Source: Candidatus Hadarchaeota archaeon
Lineage (GTDB): Archaea > CAYQAE01 > CAYVLA01
Length of the DNA: 19,577 nucleotides
Direction of reading: 5' to 3'
Assembly: GCA_964452145.1 (NCBI GenBank)
Contig: CAYVLA010000060.1
Location: 1 to 19,577, forward strand
A program made the position numbers and the translations under genes. Numbering within the stretch: the first letter of the stretch is position 1; every line of letters begins with the position of its first letter. Below are positions 1 to 8,108 of this stretch, piece by piece. The notes under the pieces were generated by a model that had not been told where the DNA came from, ran no database searches, and saw only the letters and a list, made by a program, of their open reading frames with translations.

Positions 1-261
1 TCGGCAGGGGCCATGATAAGAGGCCGATACCTGGGCAATGCGCACACTGCCAGGGGTATCATCCACGGCAATGGAGGGATTGCTGATTCGAGTCTCTCAA
101 CAACGGAGTATTCTGCGAGTTGTGACCCATAGGAGAGAAGAACGCAATCACCACGATTGCATCATGGCTCGGAAGGTGCATATCCCAATTTCAGGGAGAT
201 CCACTGTCGCCAGTTCAATCCGTGAGCCTCCGAGCACGGAAAGCCAACGGCATCAAGCTGA

Positions 262-465
262 CGAACGCTAGCGCCATCGTGGCAAAGCCCTCTGGGAAGT
301 AGGCTTGCCGGGCTCACGCTTGACAGCAAGACATTGATGGCAGCCGTCGAATGGCTGGGGAAACATCAGAACCCGGATGGGTCCTGGGACAAAGACGTCT
401 GGGACACGATGGAAGCTTTCGAAGTTTTCCAGGACCTGGGAGTAGAACGGGCAAAGGCAAAGTAG
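262..465 (+). pseudogene. Probable remnant of a prenyltransferase/squalene-oxidase (QW) repeat protein gene
   Basis: Frame +1 reads DSKTLMAAVEWLGKHQNPDGSWDKDVWDTMEAFEVFQDLGVERAKAK*, ending at TAG 463-465. AVEWL..hQNPDGSW is a typical QW/prenyltransferase repeat. The frame is closed upstream by TGA 259-261, and the only ATG (337) gives 42 aa. It is not in the ORF track. Confidence 0.5.
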
Positions 466-685
466 CCGGAGGCACACGGGGTGCACGGACCCAGGCCGGT
501 TCTCGGGCAAGGGGTCTGGTCTTCCCTTGCCTGGACCTTATGCAATGTGCAGAAATATGGAAGTATCTTTGAATGTGATCTCGCACTTTGAAAAGGCGTC
601 TTGCGGCCACCGCGGGGTCCTGTAGGCTGGGCCGAGCACCGAATGGCGAAATACATATCTTGATCGGTTCCAGCGACGGGCCGGC

Positions 686-1402
686 ATGGTCATCAAGAAC
701 ATCTTCTTCGACATGGGGCATACGCTGGTCTACAGACCCTACGACACCGAAACGGCCATCCACATGCTCCTAGAGGATCTGGGATACGATGTTCCTGCCC
801 AATCATTCGCCGAAGCGTACAACCAAGCCCGGATCGCCGTGCCGGCACAACCCGCATCTGCCCCGGGTCAGCCTCCCGACCGAGAAGGATACAAGCGCAC
901 CCTGCAACAGGCCAGGGAACACAGCTACAACAGGACCAAGAAGGCAATCGAGTTCCTCGGCATGTCCCCCTCCGACGAGATCACCAGGCAGATCCTTAAA
1001 GCGGACTTCAACTCATACCAGCTGTATCCAGACGCGGTGCCCACGCTGCGAAGGGCGCGGGCCTGCGGCTACAGGCTCGGCATAATATCGAACTGGGACC
1101 CGGGGTTGATGGGCTTCTGCCGCCAGATCGGCATCCGCGACTACTTCGATACCATAATCGCTTCAAGGGCTCTGGGTTACAAGAAGTGGTGGCCCGAGAT
1201 CTTCATGGCTGCCCTGGCCTCGATAGGGGGAGTCGCGGAGGAATCCGTGCACATCGGCGACAGCCCGGGCTCGGATGCATGGGGGGCGCTGAGCGTTGGG
1301 ATTCATCCGGTCGTGATCGATCGGGAGGGGCAGTACCGGAGGCTGTTCTGTTCGGTGATACGCTCGCTGGACGGGATTCTGCCCCTCGCAGAGTCCATCT
1401 AG
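686..1402 (+). CDS. HAD-superfamily hydrolase, subfamily IA (REG-2/HDHD3-like)
   Basis: Motif I FFDMGHTL, motif II IISNWD, motif III K (KKWWPEIF) and motif IV HIGDSPGSDAWGA, with a helical C1 cap between motifs I and II. Confidence 0.9.
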   Translation: MVIKNIFFDMGHTLVYRPYDTETAIHMLLEDLGYDVPAQSFAEAYNQARIAVPAQPASAPGQPPDREGYKRTLQQAREHSYNRTKKAIEFLGMSPSDEITRQILKADFNSYQLYPDAVPTLRRARACGYRLGIISNWDPGLMGFCRQIGIRDYFDTIIASRALGYKKWWPEIFMAALASIGGVAEESVHIGDSPGSDAWGALSVGIHPVVIDREGQYRRLFCSVIRSLDGILPLAESI

Positions 1403-1523
1403 CCTTTCGAGGCGTCACTTGAGCAGTCTCCGGCATGCCGCCTTGCGAGTGCTTGGTGAAGCCATGCCCCGCTGCTCGTCGGGCCGAGAATGGAGGAAGG
1501 CCTCTTGTGGGTTGATCCGCTGT

Positions 1524-1544
1524 GATCGGGGGGTTGACCCGATC
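1524..1544. terminator. Hairpin between the convergent HAD and trpA genes (possible 3' end signal)
   Basis: GATCGGG (1524-1530) pairs with CCCGATC (1538-1544) just downstream of the trpA stop. A GCCT-TTCG-AGGC hairpin (1402-1413) follows the HAD stop. Neither has a U-tract. Confidence 0.3.
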
Positions 1545-1549
1545 CTGGC

Positions 1550-2344
1550 TCAGTGTGCCCCTGCCTTCCAGCAGGCCTGCTTCAGCGACGACACAAAGGA
1601 CCTAACCGCATCCAGTCCCTCATCCTGTCTGCGAACGATTCCACTCCCCACCACTATCCCGTCTATCCCCAGGTTCGACAGCGAAAGGACCTGGTCTGGG
1701 CCCGAGATGCCGAACCCGACGCATATCGGGGCAGTGAGCGTTTGTCTTACCCTATCGACGACATCGTTGATGCCGGCACTCAGCCTTTCCCTTTCCCCCG
1801 TTACGCCCAGTGAGGAGAAGAGGTATACGAAGCCGTTGGCAACGCTTGCCGTGGCCCTGATCCTGCTTGGCGGCGAGTTGGGGGAGAGGAAGAAGATCAG
1901 GTTCATCCCGAGGTTCTTCACAAGGAGCAGAAGTTCGGACGACTCTTCGATCGGTAGATCCGGCACCAGAAGGCCGTCGATCCCGCTGGCTTGGCATTCC
2001 GAGACGAAGCGCTCCGGTCCATGCTGAAGGACCGGGTTGTAGTATGTCATGAACAGGATGGGTATGTCCACCGAGGCTCTGATCTGTTCCGCAAGGTGAA
2101 GTGCCTTGGGCGGCGTCATGCCGCGATCCAGGGCAGCTTTGTGCGCCCCCTGGAGAACCCTTCCATCGGCCACCGGATCCGAGAACGGGATGCCGAGTTC
2201 GATCATATCCGATCCGGCTTCCACAACGCCGAGAGCAATATCCAGGCTGGATTCTTCGGTCGGGTAACCTGCGACCAGGTACGTGCCCAGAACCAGTCGT
2301 TTCTCTGACGCTGATTGAGCGAAGGCTCTCTGGATCCTGTTCAA
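1550..2344 (-). CDS. trpA: Tryptophan synthase alpha chain
   Basis: Motifs YLVAGYP, IELGIPFSDPVADG, MTYYNP, VPDLP, GVTG, VGFGIS and DGIVVGS. TTG start preceded by GGTGA. Confidence 0.97.
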   Translation of the reverse strand: MNRIQRAFAQSASEKRLVLGTYLVAGYPTEESSLDIALGVVEAGSDMIELGIPFSDPVADGRVLQGAHKAALDRGMTPPKALHLAEQIRASVDIPILFMTYYNPVLQHGPERFVSECQASGIDGLLVPDLPIEESSELLLLVKNLGMNLIFFLSPNSPPSRIRATASVANGFVYLFSSLGVTGERERLSAGINDVVDRVRQTLTAPICVGFGISGPDQVLSLSNLGIDGIVVGSGIVRRQDEGLDAVRSFVSSLKQACWKAGAH

Positions 2345-2350
2345 ACTCCG

Positions 2351-3520
2351 TCACCCTTGTCTCTTGTGTTCCAGATTGCGGAATATGACGTCGAGATCCT
2401 TGTCTCCCCTACCCGAGAGGTTGACGATCAGGATCTGGTCGGGGTCCGTGTCTTGTGCCAGGCTTTCGGCGTATGCAAGGGCGTGTGCCGGTTCCAGGGC
2501 GGGTATGATGCCCTCCGACTTGCTGAGCTTGCACGCGGCCTGAATGGCGTCGTCGTCGTTCACGCTGACGTATTTCACCCTTCCGCTGTCCTTCCAGTGG
2601 GCATGTTCGGGACCCACGCCCGGGTAGTCCAGCCCGGCCGAGATGCTGTGCGTTTCCACGACCTGGCCGAACTGGTCCTGGAGCAGGTAGGACATGGCCC
2701 CGTGGAGAACCCCCCTGGTCCCGGCGCAGAGGGTTGCGCAGTGTTTGGAGTCTAGGCCAAGCCCGCCCGCTTCGACCCCGTACAGCTCGACCGCATCCAG
2801 GAGGAAGTCGTAGAAGATCCCTGCCGCGTTGCTTCCGCCCCCCACGCATGCAACGATCTTGTCCGGCAGCCGTCCCTCCGAACCAAGGATCTGTTGCCTT
2901 GTTTCCCGGCCGATGACGCTTTGGAAGTCGCGGACCATCGTTGGATAGGGGTGGGGTCCCACAACCGAGCCCAGCACGTAGAAGCTGTCCTGCACGTTCG
3001 CGGCCCAGTCCCTCATCGCCTCATTGATCGCGTCCTTCAGCGTTCTCGACCCGCTCTGCACCTCTATCACATCCGCGCCACAGAGCCTCATGCGGAATAC
3101 GTTCATCCTCTGCCGTTCCATGTCCTCCGAGCCCATGTAGATGACGCAGTCAAGGCCTATTCTGGCGGCAGCCATGGCGGTTGCTATGCCGTGCTGACCG
3201 GCCCCCGTCTCCGCGATGATGCGATTCTTTCCCATTCTCTTCGCCAGCAAGGCCTGACCCAGCGTGTTGTTCAGCTTATGGGCGCCTCCGTGGAGAAGGT
3301 CTTCACGCTTGAGGTAGACCCTCGTGTGCCATTGCCTGCTCAGGTTCGGAAGATGGGTCAACGGGGTCGGCCTCCCGGCGTAGCTGCCTAGCAGCTCGGT
3401 TAGCTGCTCCCTGAAGGAAGGGTCCTTCGTTGCCTCGCCGTATGCCTCCTCAAGCTCGATCAGAGCGGGCATGATCATCTCGGACACGAACTGGCCGCCG
3501 TAGATCCCGAACTGCCTCAT
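2351..3520 (-). CDS. trpB: Tryptophan synthase beta chain (TrpB1 type)
   Basis: Motifs [24 protein letters not shown] (PLP lysine), [30 protein letters not shown] and NLSGRGDKD. Start placed at ATG 3520, which forms a TGATG overlap with the trpF stop. Confidence 0.98.
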   Translation of the reverse strand: MRQFGIYGGQFVSEMIMPALIELEEAYGEATKDPSFREQLTELLGSYAGRPTPLTHLPNLSRQWHTRVYLKREDLLHGGAHKLNNTLGQALLAKRMGKNRIIAETGAGQHGIATAMAAARIGLDCVIYMGSEDMERQRMNVFRMRLCGADVIEVQSGSRTLKDAINEAMRDWAANVQDSFYVLGSVVGPHPYPTMVRDFQSVIGRETRQQILGSEGRLPDKIVACVGGGSNAAGIFYDFLLDAVELYGVEAGGLGLDSKHCATLCAGTRGVLHGAMSYLLQDQFGQVVETHSISAGLDYPGVGPEHAHWKDSGRVKYVSVNDDDAIQAACKLSKSEGIIPALEPAHALAYAESLAQDTDPDQILIVNLSGRGDKDLDVIFRNLEHKRQG

Positions 3521-4185
3521 CACCCTGCCTCCTTTGCTGCGCACACGAACCTCCTCACCAGATCGGGGTCCTTGACTCCCGGTGCTGTCTCGACTCCGGT
3601 GGAGACATCCACGCCGAAGGGCCTCACCAACGAGACGGCTCGTCGGACGTTTCCCTCGTTGAGGCCCCCCGCAAGTATCACCTCGGCTTGGCCCAGCGTC
3701 TCCCGGAGCCATCGTGACGTCTCCCAGTCGTGGGTCGTTCCCGTGCCGCCCCAGGAGTCCTCCGCCTTGGTGTCGAGAAGGATTCGGTCCGCCAATCCTT
3801 CATAGGATCGGCAGATGGCCAGCAGATCATCTGGGTTTGAGCGCAGCCCGATCCCGATTGGTGTGATGATCATATCTCCCAGTTCCTCCTCCTCAAGCGT
3901 CCGTTTGACCCTTGCCAAGTCACATGGCTCGGCGTTTCCGTGGAGTTGGATCGCCGTCGGGCGTATGACTCTGGCAAGTTCCACGGTTCCCCCCAGCCCC
4001 TGCCAGACTGTGACCATGACTGTTTCCAAATCCCCAGCGGTTCCCAGCATGTCCCGGGCAGATTCGGGACTCACGGCGCGAGGCGACGGGGCCCCGACCA
4101 CCACTCCAACGGCATCGGCACCGCAGTCCCGGGCCAGCTCAACATCCCTCTCCGTTTTCAGGCCGCAGATCTTCACCCAGACCAC
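3520..4185 (-). CDS. trpF: Phosphoribosylanthranilate isomerase
   Basis: Motifs VKICGL, QLHG, LLDT, GGTG..HDW, LAGGL and [17 protein letters not shown] start with GGAGGT upstream. Confidence 0.96.
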   Translation of the reverse strand: MVWVKICGLKTERDVELARDCGADAVGVVVGAPSPRAVSPESARDMLGTAGDLETVMVTVWQGLGGTVELARVIRPTAIQLHGNAEPCDLARVKRTLEEEELGDMIITPIGIGLRSNPDDLLAICRSYEGLADRILLDTKAEDSWGGTGTTHDWETSRWLRETLGQAEVILAGGLNEGNVRRAVSLVRPFGVDVSTGVETAPGVKDPDLVRRFVCAAKEAG

Positions 4186-4964
4186 TTGTCCAACCTCCCC
4201 TGAAGCTCCAGTATCTTCTCACGGATGTCCGCCTTCATCAGGACTGATCCTATTAGGAAGGCGTCGCAGCTGCCTGCCATGCTTTCGACATCGCGTCTGG
4301 AACGGTACCCACTTTCGCTGACAACCAGGCATCCTGTCGGCGCGTATCTGCGGAGCCTGCTTGTGGTCCGGAGGTCGACCTTCATGCTCGATAGATCCCG
4401 GTTGTTTATTCCGATGAGGTCCGGCCTAAGCCTGCTTGCCGCCTCCATCTCGGATCGCGTGTGAACCTCTAAAAGGGGTGTCAGGCCTTCTTCCAGGGTC
4501 TTCTCGTACATGCCCCGCAATCGATCCCCAAGGAGCTTCACGATGAGAAGCACGGCGTCGGCACCCAGCCTTCTGGCCTCTTCGATCTCTTTCTCTTCGG
4601 TCAGGAAATCTTTCATCAGCACTGGGACCCTGCTGCAGGCAGAGGCCTTCGCCAGCAGTGCCCTGCTCCCACCGAAGAAGTGCTCTTCGGTGAGTATCGA
4701 TATTCCGGCGACATCGGCCGCCACCATCTCCCCAACGATTCCGCAAGGGTCGGTGACCCGCCTGAGAACTCCCTCCGTGGGGGATCGAGGCTTGATCTCG
4801 CCTATTATCGGCGTTATGGCCCGGGCCTTCAGAGCCCTTATGCTCGCCGGGAGGCTTCGAGGCACCTTGCCAAGCGCCTCTTGGAGGGGTGCGCTCGGTG
4901 CCTTTCTCTTCTGCTCCATCACCTTGGCCATCAGGGCCTCCCAGCGGGGCGGCGTCGGGGGCAA
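4173..4964 (-). CDS. trpC: Indole-3-glycerol phosphate synthase
   Basis: Motifs GEIKPRSP, SILTEEHFFGGS, LMKDF, GADAVLLI, LLEVH, GINNRDL, SESG and FLIGS. The TTG start abuts the trpD stop; ATG 4931 is an alternative start. Confidence 0.95.
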   Translation of the reverse strand: MPPTPPRWEALMAKVMEQKRKAPSAPLQEALGKVPRSLPASIRALKARAITPIIGEIKPRSPTEGVLRRVTDPCGIVGEMVAADVAGISILTEEHFFGGSRALLAKASACSRVPVLMKDFLTEEKEIEEARRLGADAVLLIVKLLGDRLRGMYEKTLEEGLTPLLEVHTRSEMEAASRLRPDLIGINNRDLSSMKVDLRTTSRLRRYAPTGCLVVSESGYRSRRDVESMAGSCDAFLIGSVLMKADIREKILELQGRLDKWSG

Positions 4965-6014
4965 TCAGGCTTCCTCCAGAAGTCCTTCGACGACGCTGTC
5001 GTTCCCGTTTGCCCTAAGGAAGCGCACAAGGGTTTGGAGGGCGCGTCCGCTCTGGATCGACTGGCGGGCCCTGTCGACCGCCTTCCGTAGGTCGTCCACC
5101 TGTCCCGAAGCGACGATCGCTGCGGCTGCATTCGCGACAACCGCGTCCTGCTTGGGTCCTGTGGACCTTCCTGCCAGAACGTCGACCATGATCCGCGCGT
5201 TCATGCCGACATCCCCGCCCTTCAGATCGCTTAGGGATGCACGTCGAATCCCGAGATCCTCGGGGGTCAGCACGTAGTCTCGGACAGATCCATCTCGCAC
5301 CTCCGATATCGTTGTGGCCGAGGTGGTCGATATCTCATCTTGGCCATCCTCCCCGTGAACGACGAAGGCCCGTTCCAGACCCAGCCGCGCTGCAACATGT
5401 GCCAGAGTCCCCGTCAGCGATCCGTCGTACACCCCTAAGACCTGCGCCCTGGCTTCGCAGGGGTTTGTTAGTGGGCCTAGGACGTTGAACACGGTCCTGA
5501 CGCCCATCTCGCGCCTGGGTCCCAATGCGTGCTTCATGGCCGGGTGGAAGGCTGGTGCGAACATGAAGCAGACCCCCGTTTCCTCCATCACTCTTGCCAC
5601 TTCCTCGGGCTTCAGATCCATCCGGGCCCCGAGGAACTCCAGCACATCCGCGGAGCCGCACCTACTTGAGACCGATCTGTTGCCGTGCTTGGCGACGGGA
5701 ACCCCGGCCCCGCCCGCCACGAACATGGAGACCGTTGATATGTTGAAGGTGCACAGCCCATCTCCGCCGGTGCCGCAGGTATCCACTATGCGTCCCTCCA
5801 CTGCCGGCCGGATCTTATTGGATTTCTCCCTCATCTCATGGGCAAACGCCGCGATCTCATCCACCGTCTCACCTTTCATCCTCATCCCTGCCAGCAGTGC
5901 CCCTATCTGGGCCCCGGTGGCCTGGCCCTCCATGATCTCCTTCATCGCTCCCCCTGCCAGCTGGGGCGTCAGATTCCGACCTTCCAGCACACAAGCGATC
6001 GCGTCCTTGATCAT
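4965..6014 (-). CDS. trpD: Anthranilate phosphoribosyltransferase
   Basis: Motifs DTCGTGGDG..TFNIST, KHGNRSVSSRCGSAD, FAPAFHPA, RTVFNVLGPLTNP and GQDEIS. Start at ATG 6014 forms an ATGA overlap with the trpG stop. Confidence 0.97.
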   Translation of the reverse strand: MIKDAIACVLEGRNLTPQLAGGAMKEIMEGQATGAQIGALLAGMRMKGETVDEIAAFAHEMREKSNKIRPAVEGRIVDTCGTGGDGLCTFNISTVSMFVAGGAGVPVAKHGNRSVSSRCGSADVLEFLGARMDLKPEEVARVMEETGVCFMFAPAFHPAMKHALGPRREMGVRTVFNVLGPLTNPCEARAQVLGVYDGSLTGTLAHVAARLGLERAFVVHGEDGQDEISTTSATTISEVRDGSVRDYVLTPEDLGIRRASLSDLKGGDVGMNARIMVDVLAGRSTGPKQDAVVANAAAAIVASGQVDDLRKAVDRARQSIQSGRALQTLVRFLRANGNDSVVEGLLEEA

Positions 6015-6583
6015 CGAAGACCACCCAGGAAGTTGGAAAGCATGGTCTTGCCCCCCATGGTTAGCACGGATTCGGGGTGGAACTGGACTCCTTCGACGGG
6101 GATCTTCCGGTGCCTTATCCCCATGATCAACCCATCCTCGGTCCTGGATGTGATCTCCAGTTCTTCCGGTAGGCCTTCCTCGGAAACAAGCAGGGAATGG
6201 TATCTCACTGCCGAGAAGGGGTTCTGAAGGCCGCTGTATATGCCCGATCCGCCATGGTGGATCAGCGAGGATTTCCCGTGTACCGGCTGGGGGGCGTGAA
6301 CGATCCGGGCTCCGAAGGCCCATCCGATCACCTGATGGCCCAGGCAGATGCCGAGCACTGGAATGCCGGAGAGGTGCTCGACCAAGCGTCCGCATATCCC
6401 CGCGTTCTCGGGTCGCCCCGGCCCAGGTGAGATGATCACCGCATCAGGATCGATGTCCTCGGCATCGGAGACCGAGATGGTGTTCCTCCGTGCGGTAACC
6501 TCTGCACCCAGGGCTCCCACGTACTGGACTATGTTGTAGGCGAAGGAGTCGTAGTTGTCTATCACCAGCACCCTGGTCCTCAT
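6011..6583 (-). CDS. trpG: Anthranilate synthase component II (glutamine amidotransferase)
   Basis: Motifs IDNYDSF, ISPGPG, GICLGHQ (catalytic Cys), HGK.S, RYHSL and QFHPES. Start at ATG 6583 forms an ATGA overlap with the trpE stop. Confidence 0.96.
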   Translation of the reverse strand: MRTRVLVIDNYDSFAYNIVQYVGALGAEVTARRNTISVSDAEDIDPDAVIISPGPGRPENAGICGRLVEHLSGIPVLGICLGHQVIGWAFGARIVHAPQPVHGKSSLIHHGGSGIYSGLQNPFSAVRYHSLLVSEEGLPEELEITSRTEDGLIMGIRHRKIPVEGVQFHPESVLTMGGKTMLSNFLGGLR

Positions 6584-7947
6584 TGGGCTTGACCCCCGAT
6601 GGATGCATACAGTGCCTTGAGCTTGTTCTGACACTCGGCGAACTCCCTTTCGGGATCGGAGTCGTATACGATGCCGGAGCCGGCTTGGAGGTGAAGCTTG
6701 CCGGGGCTGGTGAACATCGTCCTGATGGCTATGGCCAGGTCCATGTTGCCGCGAAAGTCGAAGTAGCCGACTGCACCGGCGTAGGGACCCCGTCTGAACG
6801 GCTCAAGTTCTTCGATGATCTCCATCGCCCGGACCTTCGGAGCCCCTGAGACGGTCCCGGCCGGGAAAACGGCGGCGAGCGTATCCAGGGCATCCTTGTC
6901 CGGCCTCAGCCTGGATGTGACGTTGGAGACTATGTGCTGGACATGGCTGTACTTCTCGGTGGACATCAGCTCGTCAACGACCACCGATCCGTAGGTTGAC
7001 ACGCGCCCCAGATCGTTCCGCGCAAGATCGACTAGCATCAAGTGCTCCGCGCGCTCTTTTTCATCAAGGAGCATCTCCATTCTGAGTCTTTCATCCTCCT
7101 CGACATCCTTGCCTCTCGGCCGCGTGCCCGCGAGAGGCCGGCTCACCAGTTTCCCCTTCTCCAGCCTGACCAGCATCTCGGGCGAGGAGCCCACGATCTT
7201 GGTGTCCTGAAAATCTAGGTAGTACTGGTAGGGGGACGGGTTGATCTGGCGTAGAAGCTCGTATAGAGACAGCGGATCCCCTTCAAAGTCTGCGTCGTAC
7301 CTGAGGGATAGGACGACTTGGAAGATGTCCCCGTCAACTATGTATTGCCTGGCCCTCTCCACAGCATCTTCGTAACCCTCTCTACCGATCCATGCGCTGC
7401 ATCGGCCAACCCTGGCTCGGGAAGGGCCAGCGGCACTCCCCAGCTCGACTGACCCTGGCTTTTCGGCACCATGCGATATCAGTAGGCACTCTTTCATTAT
7501 GTGATCCACGCACACAAGATGCCTTGGCATGACTAGGTAAGTCTCGGGGAGACCGAGGTTGTCGGGTTTCAAGGACGGCAGATTCTCGAACTGTCGGACC
7601 AGATCATAGGACAGGTATCCCACCAGTCCACCGGAGAAAGGCGTTATCCCCACGGATCCCACCCGGTAGGTGCGAAGGAGGCTTCGGAGGGCCGATATGG
7701 GATCGCCCTCGGTCTCGGTCGTTTCGTTGTGCATCGATATCTGGATCCGGTTTCCGGTGGACTTGAAGGTGAGAATTGGGTCAAAGCCGATGAAGGAATA
7801 ACGGGCGGTCTTGGCCGTTCCTTCGACCGACTCTAGAAGGAACTTCTCGCCTTCGAACTGCTCTCTGAGGTTGCAGAAGATCGCTAAGGGGCTATGATCG
7901 CGTGGCAGACGAACGATGTCCGTGCTTAGCTGGTGGGCCTGGGTCAT
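6580..7947 (-). CDS. trpE: Anthranilate synthase component I
   Basis: Motifs FLLES..G...RYSFIG, GDIFQVVLS, NPSPY, GSSPE, PLAGTRPRG, KERAEHLMLVDLARND, FPAGTVSGAPK and YAGAVGY. First gene of the trp operon. ATG 7947 chosen because the longer ORF runs through the AT-rich promoter. Confidence 0.96.
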   Translation of the reverse strand: MTQAHQLSTDIVRLPRDHSPLAIFCNLREQFEGEKFLLESVEGTAKTARYSFIGFDPILTFKSTGNRIQISMHNETTETEGDPISALRSLLRTYRVGSVGITPFSGGLVGYLSYDLVRQFENLPSLKPDNLGLPETYLVMPRHLVCVDHIMKECLLISHGAEKPGSVELGSAAGPSRARVGRCSAWIGREGYEDAVERARQYIVDGDIFQVVLSLRYDADFEGDPLSLYELLRQINPSPYQYYLDFQDTKIVGSSPEMLVRLEKGKLVSRPLAGTRPRGKDVEEDERLRMEMLLDEKERAEHLMLVDLARNDLGRVSTYGSVVVDELMSTEKYSHVQHIVSNVTSRLRPDKDALDTLAAVFPAGTVSGAPKVRAMEIIEELEPFRRGPYAGAVGYFDFRGNMDLAIAIRTMFTSPGKLHLQAGSGIVYDSDPEREFAECQNKLKALYASIGGQAQ

Positions 7948-7968
7948 AGCAGCTGGGTGGATGTCGTC

Positions 7969-7990
7969 TTTATAACTCTTATGTACATAA
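7969..7990 (-). promoter_or_regulatory. trp operon promoter: TATA box plus a palindromic operator-like site
   Basis: The minus strand reads TTATGTACATAA-GAG-TTATAAA, then 21 nt, then ATG. TTATAAA is at 7969-7975, and the perfect 12-bp palindrome at 7979-7990 has a TGTACA core. Confidence 0.7.
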
Positions 7991-8108
7991 ATAGCCAGCA
8001 AAGACCACTAAGGTTCATTCTTCCGGCTGGTGGCGCAGCTCCCGGCGCTACGCAAGCGGTCCCCTACATCTAAAAAGAGGTCTCCTAGACATCTGTTGGT
8101 GTGAACCC

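Noticed and set aside
3521..3712. N-terminal extension of TrpB
   Set aside because: It overlaps trpF. The conserved TrpB sequence begins at ATG 3520 with a TGATG overlap and SD.
1419..6126. Long plus-strand ORFs antisense to trp genes (e.g. 1419..2027, 4510..5277, 5485..6126)
   Set aside because: These are shadow ORFs typical of GC-rich coding DNA. They are Ser/Pro/Arg-rich, have no family motifs and largely overlap confident genes.
6015..6395. Long N-terminal extension of TrpD in the ORF track (476 aa), suggesting a fusion
   Set aside because: It overlaps trpG in another frame and is low-complexity Arg/Pro-rich. The real start at 6014 gives an ATGA coupling.
7944..8018. 24-codon minus-strand ORF (MNLSGLCWLFMYIRVIKTTSTQLL) ending on the trpE ATGA, considered as a trp leader peptide
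   Set aside because: It has only one Trp codon and no terminator/antiterminator, and it runs through the TATA box and operator, so it is unlikely to be transcribed.
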